A DNA stretch of 63,819 nt, counting the filler, from Pseudovirgaria hyperparasitica (taxonomy: Eukaryota): NCBI GenBank assembly GCA_010093815.1. It is 6 parts of 6 records of this genome, joined end to end, with 100 filler letters (N's around TTAATTAATTAA, not from the genome) between each part and the next. Parts side by side here need not be neighbours in the genome. Positions count along the whole stretch, not along the records: positions 31,819 to 52,173 come from ML996617.1; 5 more parts are not named here. One strand, written 5' to 3'. Every line of letters starts with the position of its first letter. The first letter of the stretch is position 1. This document shows, piece by piece, positions 31,819-46,477 of this stretch. A model generated the notes under the pieces. It was not told the origin of the DNA. It was given only the letters and a program-made list of their open reading frames with translations, and did not search any database. The translations under genes and the position numbers were made by a program.

Positions 31819-33060
31819 ACTACTCGCCTTACCAAGTTAGAACGCTTAGTTTCTAGAATAATAAATATTATATTACTAATTACTTACTTAGACAAGCTAA
31901 TAACCTCGCTCTATATAATAAATAATATTAATATACTACTCATAGAGACCGTTCAATAAATATTTAGAATCCACAGCTATTAACACATTATATATACTAA
32001 TATTAATAGAGATTACGCGTACATAGTAAATAACTTAATATATAATATAGACTTATTATGTTTTACTTAGTAGATTGTTACTAAGCTCTTCTATTATAGC
32101 ATTATACTTAATCACGTACTCTATATTTCTATATATACTACCTAACGTAATCTATTTAAAGAGATAGTTAGGAACTCGCTTCTAACTATACTTACCATAG
32201 CAGATAAAGCTCAATTTAATACTCTATCTAAGCCGGTATAGAAGCTTATCTAATAGCGTTTATAGAACGGTTCTTAGAGTTATAATAATAATATAGTCCT
32301 AATTAACCCAGTCTAAACTAATTACTTCAGCTTTCTCTTAGAAGGAAACCATAATATTATTACTATTATACACGCTAAATAGATAATAGTTATTATTACT
32401 AACTTCGTATCTCTTAAGAGATAGAAAGTCCTAGACAGTATACTTAGCAAGATATAGAATAAGTACTCTAAGATTTATACAATATACACGTGTATAACCC
32501 CCAACCTAGATAACCTCCCTCTACTCTCTAATATATCTAATCTCTAATATAGTTACTCTATACTTAGTATTAGAGAGAGGGAAGAACGAAGTAATTAATA
32601 AACTACTAATAGTACTAAGCCCCGTAAGCCGCTAGTCTACCGTAAATATAATATTAAAGAATATAAGTCTATTAAGTATCTAAGAGGGTTAACGCTTATA
32701 TATAATAACTATTAGAATATTAGCTATAAAGCTAATATTTACCCTAAACCTAAGACGCTTACAGGTACATTTTACTATAATTATAAAACTACTAGTTATA
32801 CCCAGTATTATTATCCTAGCCATACTAAATTACTAGTATATATAAATAGTAATAATCTAGTTAATACTACTAGAGCTAATACTACTAGAGCTAATACTAC
32901 TAGAACTAATACTACTAGAACTAATACTACTAGAACTAATACTACTAGAGCTAATACTACTAATAAAGTAACTACTAGCGGCTAGGATAATAGAGACTAC
33001 GAGGATACTAACCGAGATAGCGGTATTATAATATATAAAGATATAGAAGTTAATTAGTAA
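31819..33060 (+). pseudogene. RIPped gene relic with a C-terminal CCHC knuckle (possibly a MULE- or pogo-type transposase)
   Basis: 32617-32682 reads KPRKPLVYRKYIIKEYKSIKYL, which reverts by transitions only to KPRKPPVCRKCxxEGHKSxKCP (C-x2-C-x4-H-x4-C). A 15-bp tandem repeat lies at 32862-32963. No DDE core is visible before the linker. Confidence 0.4.
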
Positions 33061-34367
33061 TAGTATACGATTAGACTTACGTATTAGGGCTACTTAGTTA
33101 CGGCTTCTTAGTAAGTATATCTCTATATCTATTTTAGATATAGTTATGATATTCTACTAGATAGATAGTTTAGCTCTATTAAAGACCTATTAAGGGTATT
33201 TCTATTACGTCTACTCTAGTATAGACGCGCTATTAGATAATACGGCGCTACTAGGTACGTTAACTAGTATCTACCGATTAAGAAATAAACACGATTCTAT
33301 ATCTACTATAAGCCCCGGCCTAATAACGTAGGCTTCCTTTAGTTATCCCCTTTATACTTTTAAAACTACTTCTAGCCTTTATATTAGAAGATATTACTAT
33401 CTAAAGAGAAAATATAAAAAAATATACGCTCTAATTAAAGCCTCTACCTTTAGACTTTAACTATAATATATATAGGATATAGTAAACCTAAATATTACGT
33501 ACTTTAAAAGTATAGAAGGATATAATACTTAAATATAATAAAATATAGACTTATAATACTCGGAGAGTATCTAGGGATAAGTATATAAATATAAAATGGG
33601 ATAAGACTAACGCGGTACCTTATATATACGTGGCTATATACCGTCCTAGACGTAGTCGCCTACGATATAATATTATAAGATAAGAATTATAGCTATCTAA
33701 TTCTATTAAGGGTATTAGATAATATAAAGTAAATAACTATACGTCTAACCACACTACACTAAGTTACATACATATTATAAACGCGTATTTAAGGAATAAT
33801 AAGAATATAAATAAGGTTCACCTAGTAGATACCTTATTATTCTAGCTTCTACCTCTATTATCTAATCTATACCTCTATCTTCCTCACGCCTATAATATAC
33901 TATATATATACTATATAATTAGTCTATAAATTATAAACACTATATTAACTACATACATTAACTACATATAATTAATATATTAAATCCAATTCTATAATAA
34001 AGTAACCATCTAAATATAGTAATTACTATAGTACTACTTCGTATCTTAAGCCTAGATATATAAGTAAAGCATAAAGCTATAGAGGCGCATATAAGGTAGC
34101 TATATATAGAAGTATATATAGCTACTCTACTCATAGACTATAGGCATTAAACTAAGAATAAGCTTAGTATAAAAAGAGTACATAAGATTATTAATAAGGT
34201 AGTAGATAAATTTCTAGTAGTATAGAAAAGAGTAGTAGAGTATATAGAGATAAAGACACTATACTATATCTATAACTAGGTACGTACTATAGTATAGAAA
34301 ACCATATATTATAGAAAAACTATCTCTAAGTATAAGAAGAGACGCGTAATTATAGCTCTATATTCTA

Positions 34368-34475
34368 TAACCTTATAATCCCCACCTATTATAACCTTAT
34401 AACCTCCGCCTATTACAACCTTATAACCCCTATCTATTATAACCTTATAGCTCTTATATACTATAACCTTATAGT
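34368..34475. repeat. 24-bp tandem repeat (ATAACCTTATAAcc..cCTATT) x~4
   Basis: Visible periodicity. Confidence 0.75.
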
Positions 34476-36009
34476 CTATACTTATAGCGGTCCTATAGCC
34501 TACTAATATATATACTACAAGAAAAATTAAATTTATAATTAGATTTAATAATAACATATTCCTTAAAATACTAGTACCTATATCTAACTAGTAGAAAGAC
34601 TATAGCAACGCTTCGTGTATTAATTTAGTAGTATTTATATAGCAAATTAGAATCTAATACATAATAAAGACTAGGAGAGCACTAAACTAGAGCCATACTA
34701 CTATATATTCTATCATACTAGTAGTCAAGTATATAATAAGTAAAACAGAACTAGAGGTAGATATTAGATAGCTCCTATAGTTAGTAATCAAATATATTCT
34801 AGAATATAGTAATAGTATAATACTCCTCAGCCTTAGATAGAATATAGATAGTATACCTAAAGTAAAATAAAATATAAACTAGTAACTAATATATAATAGT
34901 ATAGACAGCTATATATAGGTTACACTTAAATAAATCCACCTCTCCATCCCTAATACTATACTCACTATAATTAGTATAATAATAGTAATAGAAAGCTACC
35001 GTCTATAACGGTAGAGATATCTACGGAGATAGTATTATAGGTAGTAGATAGTATTATCAAAATAACTTAACCCTTCCTCTAGCAATACTATATATACTAC
35101 TATTAGTACCCAGAAAGTTATAAGACTAATCTATAAGCTCTAAAGATAGTAACTTCAAAAGCCTTAAAAGTACCTTAGATATAGAGAATATAGATATCGC
35201 TTTTAAAGACTAATAGAATAATAAAAAGGGTGCTAGAGATAGTAAGAGTAGCGTACATACTTAGCTAAGGTAATACAATCCGACATAAGACGGCTTCTAC
35301 CTACTATATATTAGTATATACCCAATTCTACTAGCTATATAACTATAGTATATATATTCAGTTAAGATATTACAACACCAGTATAAGCCGGCATCTACCT
35401 AGTTTATATTAGAATACACCCGGTCCTACTAGCTATATTATTACTATAACTATAATCATATAAGATCTACTCTAATAATTAAATATTTACTTATATACTT
35501 TACTTCCTCTATACTTATTAAAATTATATTATAATTACTAAACACAGTAACTTAACTCCTACCGCCTAAATCTAGTTTTTATATCTTATTACTATTAACG
35601 CTATCTTACTACCTATAGCCTAAGTTATATATAGAAATAGATAGATATAACAAGAGTCACAACTATCCTAGTTTAACTACCAGCTATAGAATAGCTAACT
35701 ATAATACGCATATACAACGTACAGAGGCCTTAAGCATTAGCACCCTCCTACCTTATATCTAGTACCTCCAAGACCTATATCTAATATCTAAAATAAGTTA
35801 TAATATATATAGAGCTACTATTATTAAGATAGTAAGTAAAGAAGTAGTAATAGAGCTTAAAACTAGTAGTATAGATACTACTATACTCTATAGAATAGTT
35901 AAGGAAACCGTTACTAGAGAATTTAATTAGTATATCGCGGCTATAAATAGTAAGTTAGTACTAATAGTTATAACCATAGATATAATAGAGGCTAAACTAG
36001 ATATAGATA

Positions 36010-36905
36010 CTATAGATATAGATATATAGATATAGTTACCGCTAGAATATAAGGAGAAAGATAATATAGAAGATACTAAAATAGAAGACGACGTAGCTAG
36101 TATACTTAGATATATATATATATACATGGTTCTAGATACTAATATTAGAGTAGTATTAAATATAGGCGTGGTTATAACTACTAATATAGATAATCTATCT
36201 ATAAATATTATTATATCTAACGAAGCTTATTTACGCGTAAATACACTAGCTATAGAGATATAGTTATAGTTACTACCGGAATATAAGAAGAAAGAGAATA
36301 TAGAAGATACTAAAATAGAAGATAACGTAGCTAGTATACTTATATATATATATAGTTCTAGATACTAATATTAGAGTAGTATTAAAGATAGATACGGCTA
36401 TAACTACTAATATAGATAATCTATCTATAAATATTATTATATCTAGTAAAGCTTATCTATACGTAAATATACTAGCTATAGAGATATAGTTATAGTTACT
36501 ATTAGAATATATAGAGAAAGAGAATATAGAAGATACTAAAATAGAAGACGACGTAGCTAGTATACTTAGATATATATATATATATATATATAGTTCTAGA
36601 TACTAACATTAGAGTAGTATCGAAGATAGATACGGCTATAACTACTAATATAGATAATCTATCTATAAATATTATTATGTCTAGCGAAGCTTATCTACGC
36701 GTAAATATACTAGCTATAGAGATATAGTTATAGTTACCGTTAGAATATATAGAGAAAGAGAATATAGAAGATACTAAAATAGAAGATAACGTAGCTAGTA
36801 TACTTAGATATATATATATAGTCCTAGATACTAATATTAGAGTAGTATTAAAGATAGATATAGCTATAATTACTAATATAGATAATTCCCCTACGAATAC
36901 CATTA
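36010..36905. repeat. ~230-240-bp tandem repeat x~4 (RIPped)
   Basis: TATAGAAGATACTAAAATAGAAGA recurs four times, at about 36065, 36299, 36524 and 36763. Confidence 0.9.
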
Positions 36906-39100
36906 TGCCTCTAGATACCGGTAAGACTTATCTATAGCTACTAGAAATAAAGAGGATACTCTTAGATAATATAGTAAACCTAGTTAATTCTCCGAAACGC
37001 CTAAAACTAGAATATATTATACTACTAGATATCGACTAGTAGACACGTAAAAACTAGAAACTATTTAGATTAGTAGATAATTTATATAGTAGATATATAT
37101 TAGATAGTATATTAGCGAACGGCCTTAACTTTAAAATCCTTTCTATAGATAATAACTCTAATAGAGATAAAGTAAAGCTAGATATAGAGGACTTAATTCT
37201 AGTAGATAATAATATTAGTATAAAACTATAGGAAGCGTAAGTTATACTAAGAAGTAAGTAGGAATATATACTACTATACTAATATACCTATAGAATATTT
37301 ACCGTTAATAACTCTAATAAAGTAGTCTAAGCTATCTCTTATTATACGGAAGAGATATAGTTACTTACTATAAGTATATTTAGGCTTATACTAGATAACC
37401 TAATAAAGGAGTTTAGCTATATACCTACTCTATATCTAGCCTTTAGTATAAGTAGATTATATAGGCTATAGGCCGGCTAGTTACTCGCGGTAGTTACTAT
37501 ATTTAAGTAGCGGGCGGGTCTATAGAAGTACTAGATCTTAGTAGATAGCCTAGGGCTAGAGAAGATAATCGTACTTATAACGTTTATCTACCTTACGTTT
37601 TATTAGGACTTTCTATATAATAATATAGAACTTAATCTAGAAAATTATCTATAACTAACTTAAGACTCGGGTATAGATAGAAAGTATCTAATATAATCTC
37701 TATATCCGATTAAATGTCCGTGTAGCTAGACTAATAATTTTATCTATATACCCCGCCTTTAAGGACTATTTATACTATACTATCTAAGGTCCCTTCTAAT
37801 AGTATATTAGCCGTAGCGCTTTAAATAGATATATAATAATATAGATAGTATATTTACTAATTAAATTAATAAATAGAACCCGATAAAGATAATAGTACGG
37901 CTAGTATACTTAAAAACCCTTACTAACGCCTCTAGTATCTAATAATTCTTATATATAGACTAATAATACTTAGCTAAGAGATACCTATACCCCGAATAGA
38001 AATATAGCGTTAATATTAGTAATACTACTAAATTAAAGACTAATAAGAAGTATATTATTAGGGCATGGTTAATTCCTATTAATAGAACCGCTACTACTAA
38101 ATTTCCATTACGATATATAAAGAACTATATAATCTATAGTACCGTCTAGAGTATAGAACTCTAATATCTTAAATCTTTTATAGAACGCGTGGTTATAAGA
38201 ATAAAGAGAGTAAAAAAATTTAGTACTAAAAATACTTAAACTCGCAAAGTAGTATTCCTTAGTATATTAATAGTAGATAAGTTCTATTCCGTAAAGAACC
38301 CCGATATAAAATAGTATAAATATATAATATATAATACCTTTATATTTAGTATATAGATTAGTATAACGCCCCTCTTAAATAGTCTAGTAGATATTCTAGT
38401 AGCTATTAAGGTAGGTACTCTAGATAAGTTATCTAACTATATTAATAATAATACTACTAAAAGAGTATTTAAGAGTCTATAGAATAAAACTATAAGGAAG
38501 ATTATTATAACGTGGTTAAATAAACTCCTTAGTTTAATAAAAAATAAGCTAGTAGATATAATAGCCGCGATAGTCTATAGAGTATTAGAAACTATAGAAG
38601 GTAAGTATATACTATATATAGTAGCTAATTAATATTTACTATTTATTCTATAATAGAGACTACTAACTAAATAGTTTAATAGAGAGGTATATCTATCTAT
38701 AATATTAAAGCTAGTAGTAGAGTTTATATCTATTCTAGCTATAGAACTAGAGAAGATAATTATATAGTTATACGAGAATAGAGGTAAATAGTTTAATAAT
38801 CTATAGTCTAATAGAACGCCGTAGGACTTATAGATATAATCTACCGCCTAGAGTAAATTAAATAGGGGTACCGGGTCCGGGCTTAACATATACTACTACT
38901 AGACTAGGCTAGCTACTATATATATACTACTTATATACCTTACTAATAAAAAGATAGAAGATAAGTAAATTAATATTATACTTACGCGTTAGAGGGATAG
39001 TAATAATAGTATACTAAGTAAGATAATTACTAATCCCGTACGCGAAGCGCTTCTATAGCTAGATAAGACTATATAAAAGAAGATAGTATTACTAGCTAAT
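36900..39100 (+). pseudogene. RIP-inactivated SNF2-family (SF2) ATPase/helicase gene; boundaries approximate
   Basis: Same-frame motifs recoverable by transition-only reversal: ILVDSLGLEKII>ILADGLGLGKTI (37535-37570), LIVDKFYSVKNPD>LIVDEFHSVKNPD (38267-38305), *ISITPLLN>WISATPLLN (38354-38380), and GTGSGLN (38867-38887). Intron-like GTAAGT at about 37254 and 38601. Confidence 0.72.
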
Positions 39101-39902
39101 AAATATACTTTAAAGGTAAACTAGATCCGTAACTTTATTAATAATAATATTTATAATAAAAGTACTAGACACGCGTGATAAACATCCGCCGACCACCTAG
39201 AGAAAATTATACTTATATATATTATACTAGTAAGCTTAATATTTCTATACTTAGTAAGTGTTTATACTATCTACTAGTAACGTAATTTACTAATATATAT
39301 AGATACTACGTCTATATATATAAGCGAAAATATTAGTATATTTACTAGCCGGCCTAAGTATATCCGAATTAAATAAGATATATAGATTATTTAGATTAAC
39401 TAAGTCGGATTCTCTATATATTCTACTAGTATTAGCTTCATAGGTCTACGAAGGATAAGATCTAATAGTTATTAGTTTTATAGTATTAGTAGACTAATAC
39501 TTACGTAAGAAGACGTGGCCGTAGATAAGTATAAGATATTATTACTATAGATAATATTAGCCTATAGTATATATATATACTTTAATTTTAGACTATTTAG
39601 AGATTAAGGCTAGACTTACCGCGTTAGATAAGGTAATCGAAAGTACGAGAATATAAGTCTTAGACCTAGAAAAAGAAGATATAGCTATAGTAGAGATAGC
39701 TATACCTAATATACTAGTAATAGGCGTATACTTTAATCCTATAGAGATATAGTAGTATAGAAGTAAGTAAGGTAGTTGGTTAATTAGCTTCTAAGAGACT
39801 ATATAGTATAGTAGTATAAATATAAACCACTATTTACTTATAATTATATATCTATATATATCTATACGTGAAGAGAAATAAGATATTTATTCTATACTAT
39901 TA

Positions 39903-42900
39903 ACCTTATAAAAAAACTTCTCACACCCTAACGGACCAAACTAGTCAATTCGGGGTAAAACAGCGATTTATATACATTAAACGATAGAGCATACCGAGTA
40001 TAACAACCTCCGACACACGTGCGTACGTGCAGCGTATAATACACGACGATACCGACATATAGAGATACTATATACATACGCTCGAAGACTCTTCGATAAC
40101 ACGAGCATAGACTACATCTAATAAATGCCGATACGCCGACCCCCTTTTATTAGTTAAGGGCTACCCTTAACTAATAATCATAGCGGCCTTAGGCACCGAC
40201 GTACCCCGGCTTCTACCGGGTATACCCCTAATACTAGTACGGTAGAAACGGCTATATAGCGGCATATTCTAGGACGATTAAACCCCCGTCTAATAAACGA
40301 CGAATAACTAAGGGTGTATAATACTATAGATAATGGAGACGGAGGGGACCCTGCCCGGGGAGACCCTCCCGGATAAGATTAACTACTAGGTAGCACGTGT
40401 AGAGAGGGAAGTCGAGAAGGGAGAAACGGCCCTCCTTAGTATCTTCCGGAACCTCGTCTAGAATATTAGGGAGCTTACTATAGGAGTAAAACAGGCGCCG
40501 GAATTAGACCTAGAATCTAGACTAGATCGTATAGAGGCCAGCCTATAGAGGATCTAGGAGGGCCTCGCCTAGGGAAAACGCCCTAGCACGTGGGTATAGG
40601 TCGCCGTACCTATAAGCGGAATAGCCATGTTAGCTAAAATACCAAGGGCACCCACGGACGGGGCATATAGTATATAAGTCGCTATCTAGGATAAAGAAGT
40701 ACTTATATAAGTCTAGTAAGCGTCTCTAAAGGATATTATAAATAAGATTAATAAATAGAAAGGGATATAGTTAAATATAGTGGCTGCCAAACTCACCCTA
40801 GAAGGTATAGTACTAACTACTACTACTAACACGGCCTAGTAGACTATCTCACGCGACCCGAACGCGATTAATAATATCTTCCCTAGCGCGTCCGTCCGCG
40901 TAACCACGTACCCGATATAGGTATATACTATCCCCGTCTAAGGACACGTTATCGGAGAAGATAATATTAAGCGAATAGAGTAATCTAACGAACCGAAGTA
41001 CCCTAGGATTAAGATCGTAAAGGCGTGGTAGAAGAACGTCTAAGGGATTAAGATAAAATCGAAAAAGTACTCTACTATAATAGTAGAGCTTAGGGACCCC
41101 GCTCTCGCCTATAGAATAATATAGGAGGGCTTCCTAGCCGAAGGAGAGCTACTCACGGCGGAACCATAGAATAGGGTATAGATAATAACGTAATACTTTA
41201 ACTATTAGGGATATAGGTATACTAGGTAGAGGTACTCTTAGAAGACCGCCTATGGGTAGTATAAATAGGGCCATAATACTAAGGAATGCCCTTATAAGAC
41301 GTAGAGTGACGAGACGCGAGATAGGAACACCGCTAAGTACTCTAACTACGATAGAAAACACCTATCCTAGTCGGTAACGTGTACGAAATGTAAGTAGGTC
41401 GTAGAATATATTAACGCGATAAAGATAAGAGGAGCGAGGTGGATATACTAAGCCATAAGGCCCTCGCTACCCTCGCCGCTATCTCTAACTTTACTTATAA
41501 ATCTAGTAACCACCCCCCGAAGGGGAGAGGATAACGTGTAATAGTATACTATATAGAGAAAGATAGGCCGACCCCGGGGTATACTTAAAGCCGCTACCGC
41601 GCGAGGATAATCACGCCTTAGCGCCACTAATATATAGACTCGAACTTTCCCTAGCACCTAATAAGGGCATAAGATATACTTATTATTATATAGGCGAACG
41701 TATAACATAAATAAGAAAACTAAGCGACGCTCCTAGAAGAGATAGGAGCCGTAATAATAGCCATCTAGGAACCATATAAACACTACTAAACTAATAAGCT
41801 AATAATACACCTAGGATACTATACCATCTATTCTATAGGCCCGGATAGGAGAGTTATATTTTATATATATAAGTCGATCCCGCTCTTAGAATAGTCTTAT
41901 ACCGAACGTAATAACCTCCGGATAACGCTATATCTCTAGATAAGTATAGGGCCTGTCCACATCTATAATATCTATAATTAATAGCGATCGCTTACGCTAG
42001 ATGATATACTAGAGGGCACCACGACGCCGGGATAATATATCCTCCTAGGCGACTTTAATCTCTACCATAGGTGGTAGGGAGGCCTAGCCGTCGCGAGAGA
42101 AGAACTTAGAGTAAGGGAACTATATATATGGTACTACGACTTCCTATACCTCCTTATACCTATAGGGTAGATTACCTAGAGGAAATATAAATAGGATGAG
42201 GACGGGTCTACGCTCGACCTCACCCTCGCTACTAAGTATATTAGCTATAGAGTATAGTACTACCGCCCGAGCCGGATATAGACGGACTCCGACCACGAAT
42301 GTATAGAAACCATAATAGACGTCTCCACTCTTAATAAATAATATAGAAAATAGCTATAGAAGGACACCGATTAGAATAAATACCTAGAGGACCTAGAATC
42401 GGCGATTCTAGACCCCTCTATAGTCGACGTATCTAACGGCCTAGCCATAGATAAGGCCGTGTAAGTCCTCCTTTAAGCATACTAAGTTATAAGAGATAAA
42501 CACGTGCTATACCGAACGTATAGACCCCTAGAAGCGAGGGGTATACCTTAAATACGAGAGTGTAGAAGAGACGCCCGTAGACTATATATATATATATACT
42601 ATATCCGGACGACCGAGGCGTGGGAAGAGTAGAAGGAAGTAGTGCGATATCGTGATAGGGCCCTCCGTAATAAACGACGAAAGTAATAGTATATAATTAC
42701 TAATAAACACACACGGTAAGCCGTAGGGCTATAGCGTATGGTAAAGTAGGCTAAGGGTGTAGACGCGCCGACACCGCCGCTACTAATACCTCCCCTAATA
42801 TACTAAGAGAGGATATACTCTATAAGCCCGGAGAAGACGGAGATCTTATATAAAGTTATATTCCCCCTCCCGGAGCTAGTAGACCTATTAGATATTAATA

Positions 42901-45228
42901 ATACTAAATATCTAGACGTAATTAATATTCCCTAAGAGGTTACTAAGGAGGATATACTCGACGCTATTAAAGTACTCCCGAATAATAAGGCACCCGGACC
43001 GGATAGAATACTAAATAGGTGCCTTAAACGCACTATACTAGCTACCCTACCGCTTATTAGTTATATATTTTAAGTATATATTAAGAACGGATACCACCCC
43101 TAAAGCTTCCGGGCCGTCTATACCGTTATACTCCCGAAACTAGAGAAGAACTCTAACTCCCTAAAAGGATAGAGGCTAATTACCCTTCTCTCCTATCTCG
43201 GGAAGATACTAGAGGCTATAATCGCGAAGAAGATAAGCGCCGTAGTATAGGAATATAACCTCCTCCTAGTAAACCAGAAGGCGAAGGCTAGAAGCTCCCT
43301 AATTACCGCTATCTAATATATCCTCGAAGTCGTCTAGGCCGTATAGAAGTAGGGACGTATAGTAACGCTACTCTCCCTCGATATAGCCGGCGTATTTAAT
43401 AAAGTAAACCATACGAGACTCATCTATAACTTACGGAAGAGGTATATACCCGCGTAGATTACGCGGTTTATATAGTCCTTCCTCGCCGAAAGAGTTACCT
43501 AGATATATATCCCCGGATATCGAAGTAAGTATAAGAAGATGGCTTACGGCATCCTATAAGGAAGTACTATCTCCCCGATTCTATTCCTCTTCTTTACTAT
43601 AGACCTCCTCTAGAGAATATAACGTATAGAGGTAGTAGGGTACGTAGACGATATATACCTTCTAGCTATTAATAATAATACTAGCTAAATATATAGACGA
43701 CTCGAATAAGACCACGGGAGATACGTCTAATAGGTAAAGCGCTATAGAGTAAAGTTCGCCCCCGAAAAGTACTAACTTATATACTTTATTAACCGCTATA
43801 GGAAATGGGCTACTAGGGAAGGCAAGCGATACTCTAGAATAGACGCCTTTAACGAACCGCTAATATAAAGCATGTACGCACTCGGCGTTATGATCGATAA
43901 TAAGCTTAAATGGGGACTATAGATAGTATACGCCGTTTCTAGGGCCCTCTAGGTAGAAGCCGCTATATAACGGATTATAGCCTCCACGTAGGGAACCGCC
44001 CGGGATAAGGCACGCTAACTATATATATCTATAGTACGACCCGCCTTTATATACGGACACGAGTGCTAGTATACGGCCCTTATATAGACTAGGCAAATAA
44101 AGCTCGAATCCATATAGAACCGTATACTCCATCTTATATTAGGCGTATATAAAGCTACTAACACGGTGCTACTACGACGCGAGATAGATATTATAAGTAT
44201 ATATAACTTCTACTAGATATAGAGGGTAGTATACTTTACTAAATAATAAGCATAGGAACGTGTAGAAAAAGTAGAATATACCTTCGCCGCGCTACGCGCG
44301 TGAGTTAGTATATACTACTAAGCACTCTTATATATAGGCTAGACTCGACTACGGTATAAGTACCTAATAGAAATAGACTTAAACCGAGTAGTATAAGAGA
44401 TTAAGGATAACCTAGATACCCTTCTAGACTAATAGAGTCTTCGAGAGCTCGGACGAAGTATACGGTCGTGGATCTAAGATAAGTAGAAAGAGATACTCTA
44501 GGCCTAGTAGGCCTCCTAGTAGAATAGGTACCTAGAGTAGATCTAAGGACCATAGAAGGAGCCGAGTAAATAAATATATAAAGGGCTTATAAAGGCCTAG
44601 GTATCTATACTCCTCTAAGCCCGAACGGGCGCTATAAAACTCCTATACTACCTCTATAAGAGAGGCGTCCCCGACGTGTCTCTATAGTATAAGGCGTGTA
44701 GCCGGAGAGGTATAATACGCTACTATCTCGTAATATACCCTAATCTTTATACGTAAAGGTAGAAGCTTATCTATATAATAAGAACCTCCGATATCGTATA
44801 ATGGCTTAATAAGTACCCTAAGGATGTCGCCCGATGGATAATTATATACCTACCACTCCTCTAATTCTAGTAGACCCGGAAATATATACCGGAAGAGACC
44901 CGGCACATGCCGGTAGTAACCCGATATATACCGGAAGAACCCCGGGAGAACCCCGATTATTAGTTAAGGGTAGCCCTTAACTAATAACCTCCGCACCTAT
45001 ACGTGCTATCTAAGGGTAAAATAACGGTAATATAGGCTATAGGCTAATAGGCGTACCCTATAGCTATATACTTAAGACGAAATAGAGGCTTAACGAGATG
45101 TAGTTATAGATATAAGGAAGTTTTTCCCTATGGGGTTTCTTCTTATATAGTGGCTTAGACTAGAGAAGGCATAGGCCTGTAGAGTACTACTCTACCTAGT
45201 TATATAATATTATTATTATTATTATTAT
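39903..45228 (+). mobile_element. Full-length RIPped LINE, same family as 22388-27413
   Basis: Colinear with the un-RIPped copy from the 5' AAAAAACTTCTCACACCC to the (TAT)n tail. TSD (TTAT)TCTATACTATTA at 39887-39902 and 45225-45240. Confidence 0.95.
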
Positions 45229-45240
45229 TCTATACTATTA

Positions 45241-45770
45241 TATAGTAGAACGTTACTATATATAGTAGTATATAATAGAATATTCTAATATATACTAGTA
45301 TATTATAGAATATTTCTAGATACTTAAAGTATAGTTATAGTATAAAGTAGTATTATAATTATATACTAGTATATAGTAGGACGTTACTATATATGCCGGT
45401 ATATAACGGGATATTCTAATATACTATACGCCGGTATATTATAGAATATTCCTAGATACTTAAAGTATAGTCGTAATATAAAGTAGTATCGCTATACTAC
45501 GCCGGTATATAGTAGAATATTACTATATATACTAGTATATAATAGAATTAAATATTTTCTTAACGTTCTCTTAATATTCGATAGAATAATTCTAAAAGAA
45601 CTAGAATAACTCTAGAAGAACTAGAATAACTCTAGGAGGACTAGGATAACTCTAGAAGGACTAGAATAACTCTAGAAGGACCGGGACGACTCCGGGAGGA
45701 TTGGGATAACTCTAGAAGTACCGGGATCTATTTAGAATAACTTTAGAAGTACTAGGATATCTAGAAGCAT
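45241..45770. repeat. Tandem arrays: ~133-bp unit x2.3 (45241-45548) and 20-bp CTAGAATAACTCTAGAAGGA-like unit x~8 (45585-45770)
   Basis: Directly visible; least-mutated unit CCGGGACGACTCCGGGAGGA. Confidence 0.85.
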
Positions 45771-46172
45771 TGGGAGCGCCGTATCTTTTCTAATATAGTA
45801 ATAACTAATCTATATTTATATAGACCTATACTAACTAAAATAGTCTATTCTAGTCTACTACTATCTTAATTACTCTAATCTAAGAAACTACCTTACTTTA
45901 ATAGTAAAAGTAGAAAGAGTTTCTATATATAGACTTATTAATATAGCTAATTCTTCTATCTATTCACGAATAATAGTAATAAAATTAGATTTATCTAGAA
46001 CTACCTTAATCTAATACCTTTAGAATATTAGATAGTATACTATATTAAATATTCTAAGAATACCTATAACTAGAACATGTTTACTAAATTTCTTCTCTAA
46101 TATTTTAGTAAAAGGGCTAAATAATATAACTAGACCTAGAGCTATATCTTTAAGACTTAATAATAAGATAAT

Positions 46173-46477
46173 TATAAAAAAGGTAGGTATAAATAGATAT
46201 ATAATATTTCTTAGATAAGGAATATATATCTAAATAGAGTTATATAATAGAATCTAGCTATAATAGACTATTATATAATAAATAGATCGGTAGAGTATAG
46301 CTTAAAGATAATAAGAATATAGTATAATTCTTAAAGTAAAGACTAGATAGAGAGAGAACTAAATATATAGAGAGACCGTTCCTTATATATTTCTCCTTAT
46401 ATATTCTAGATCCTTCTCTCTATTAATAATAGGAATTTTCTAGACCTCTAGATATATATATATATTCTATAGCTCTA
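46173..46477. repeat. RIPped LTR, same family as 15945-16241
   Basis: Colinear match along nearly the whole length. Confidence 0.88.

Noticed and set aside
34309..36903. Hydrophobic I/L/Y-rich ORFs in RIPped DNA as membrane proteins
   Set aside because: Their composition is a consequence of RIP-driven AT enrichment and tandem repeats.
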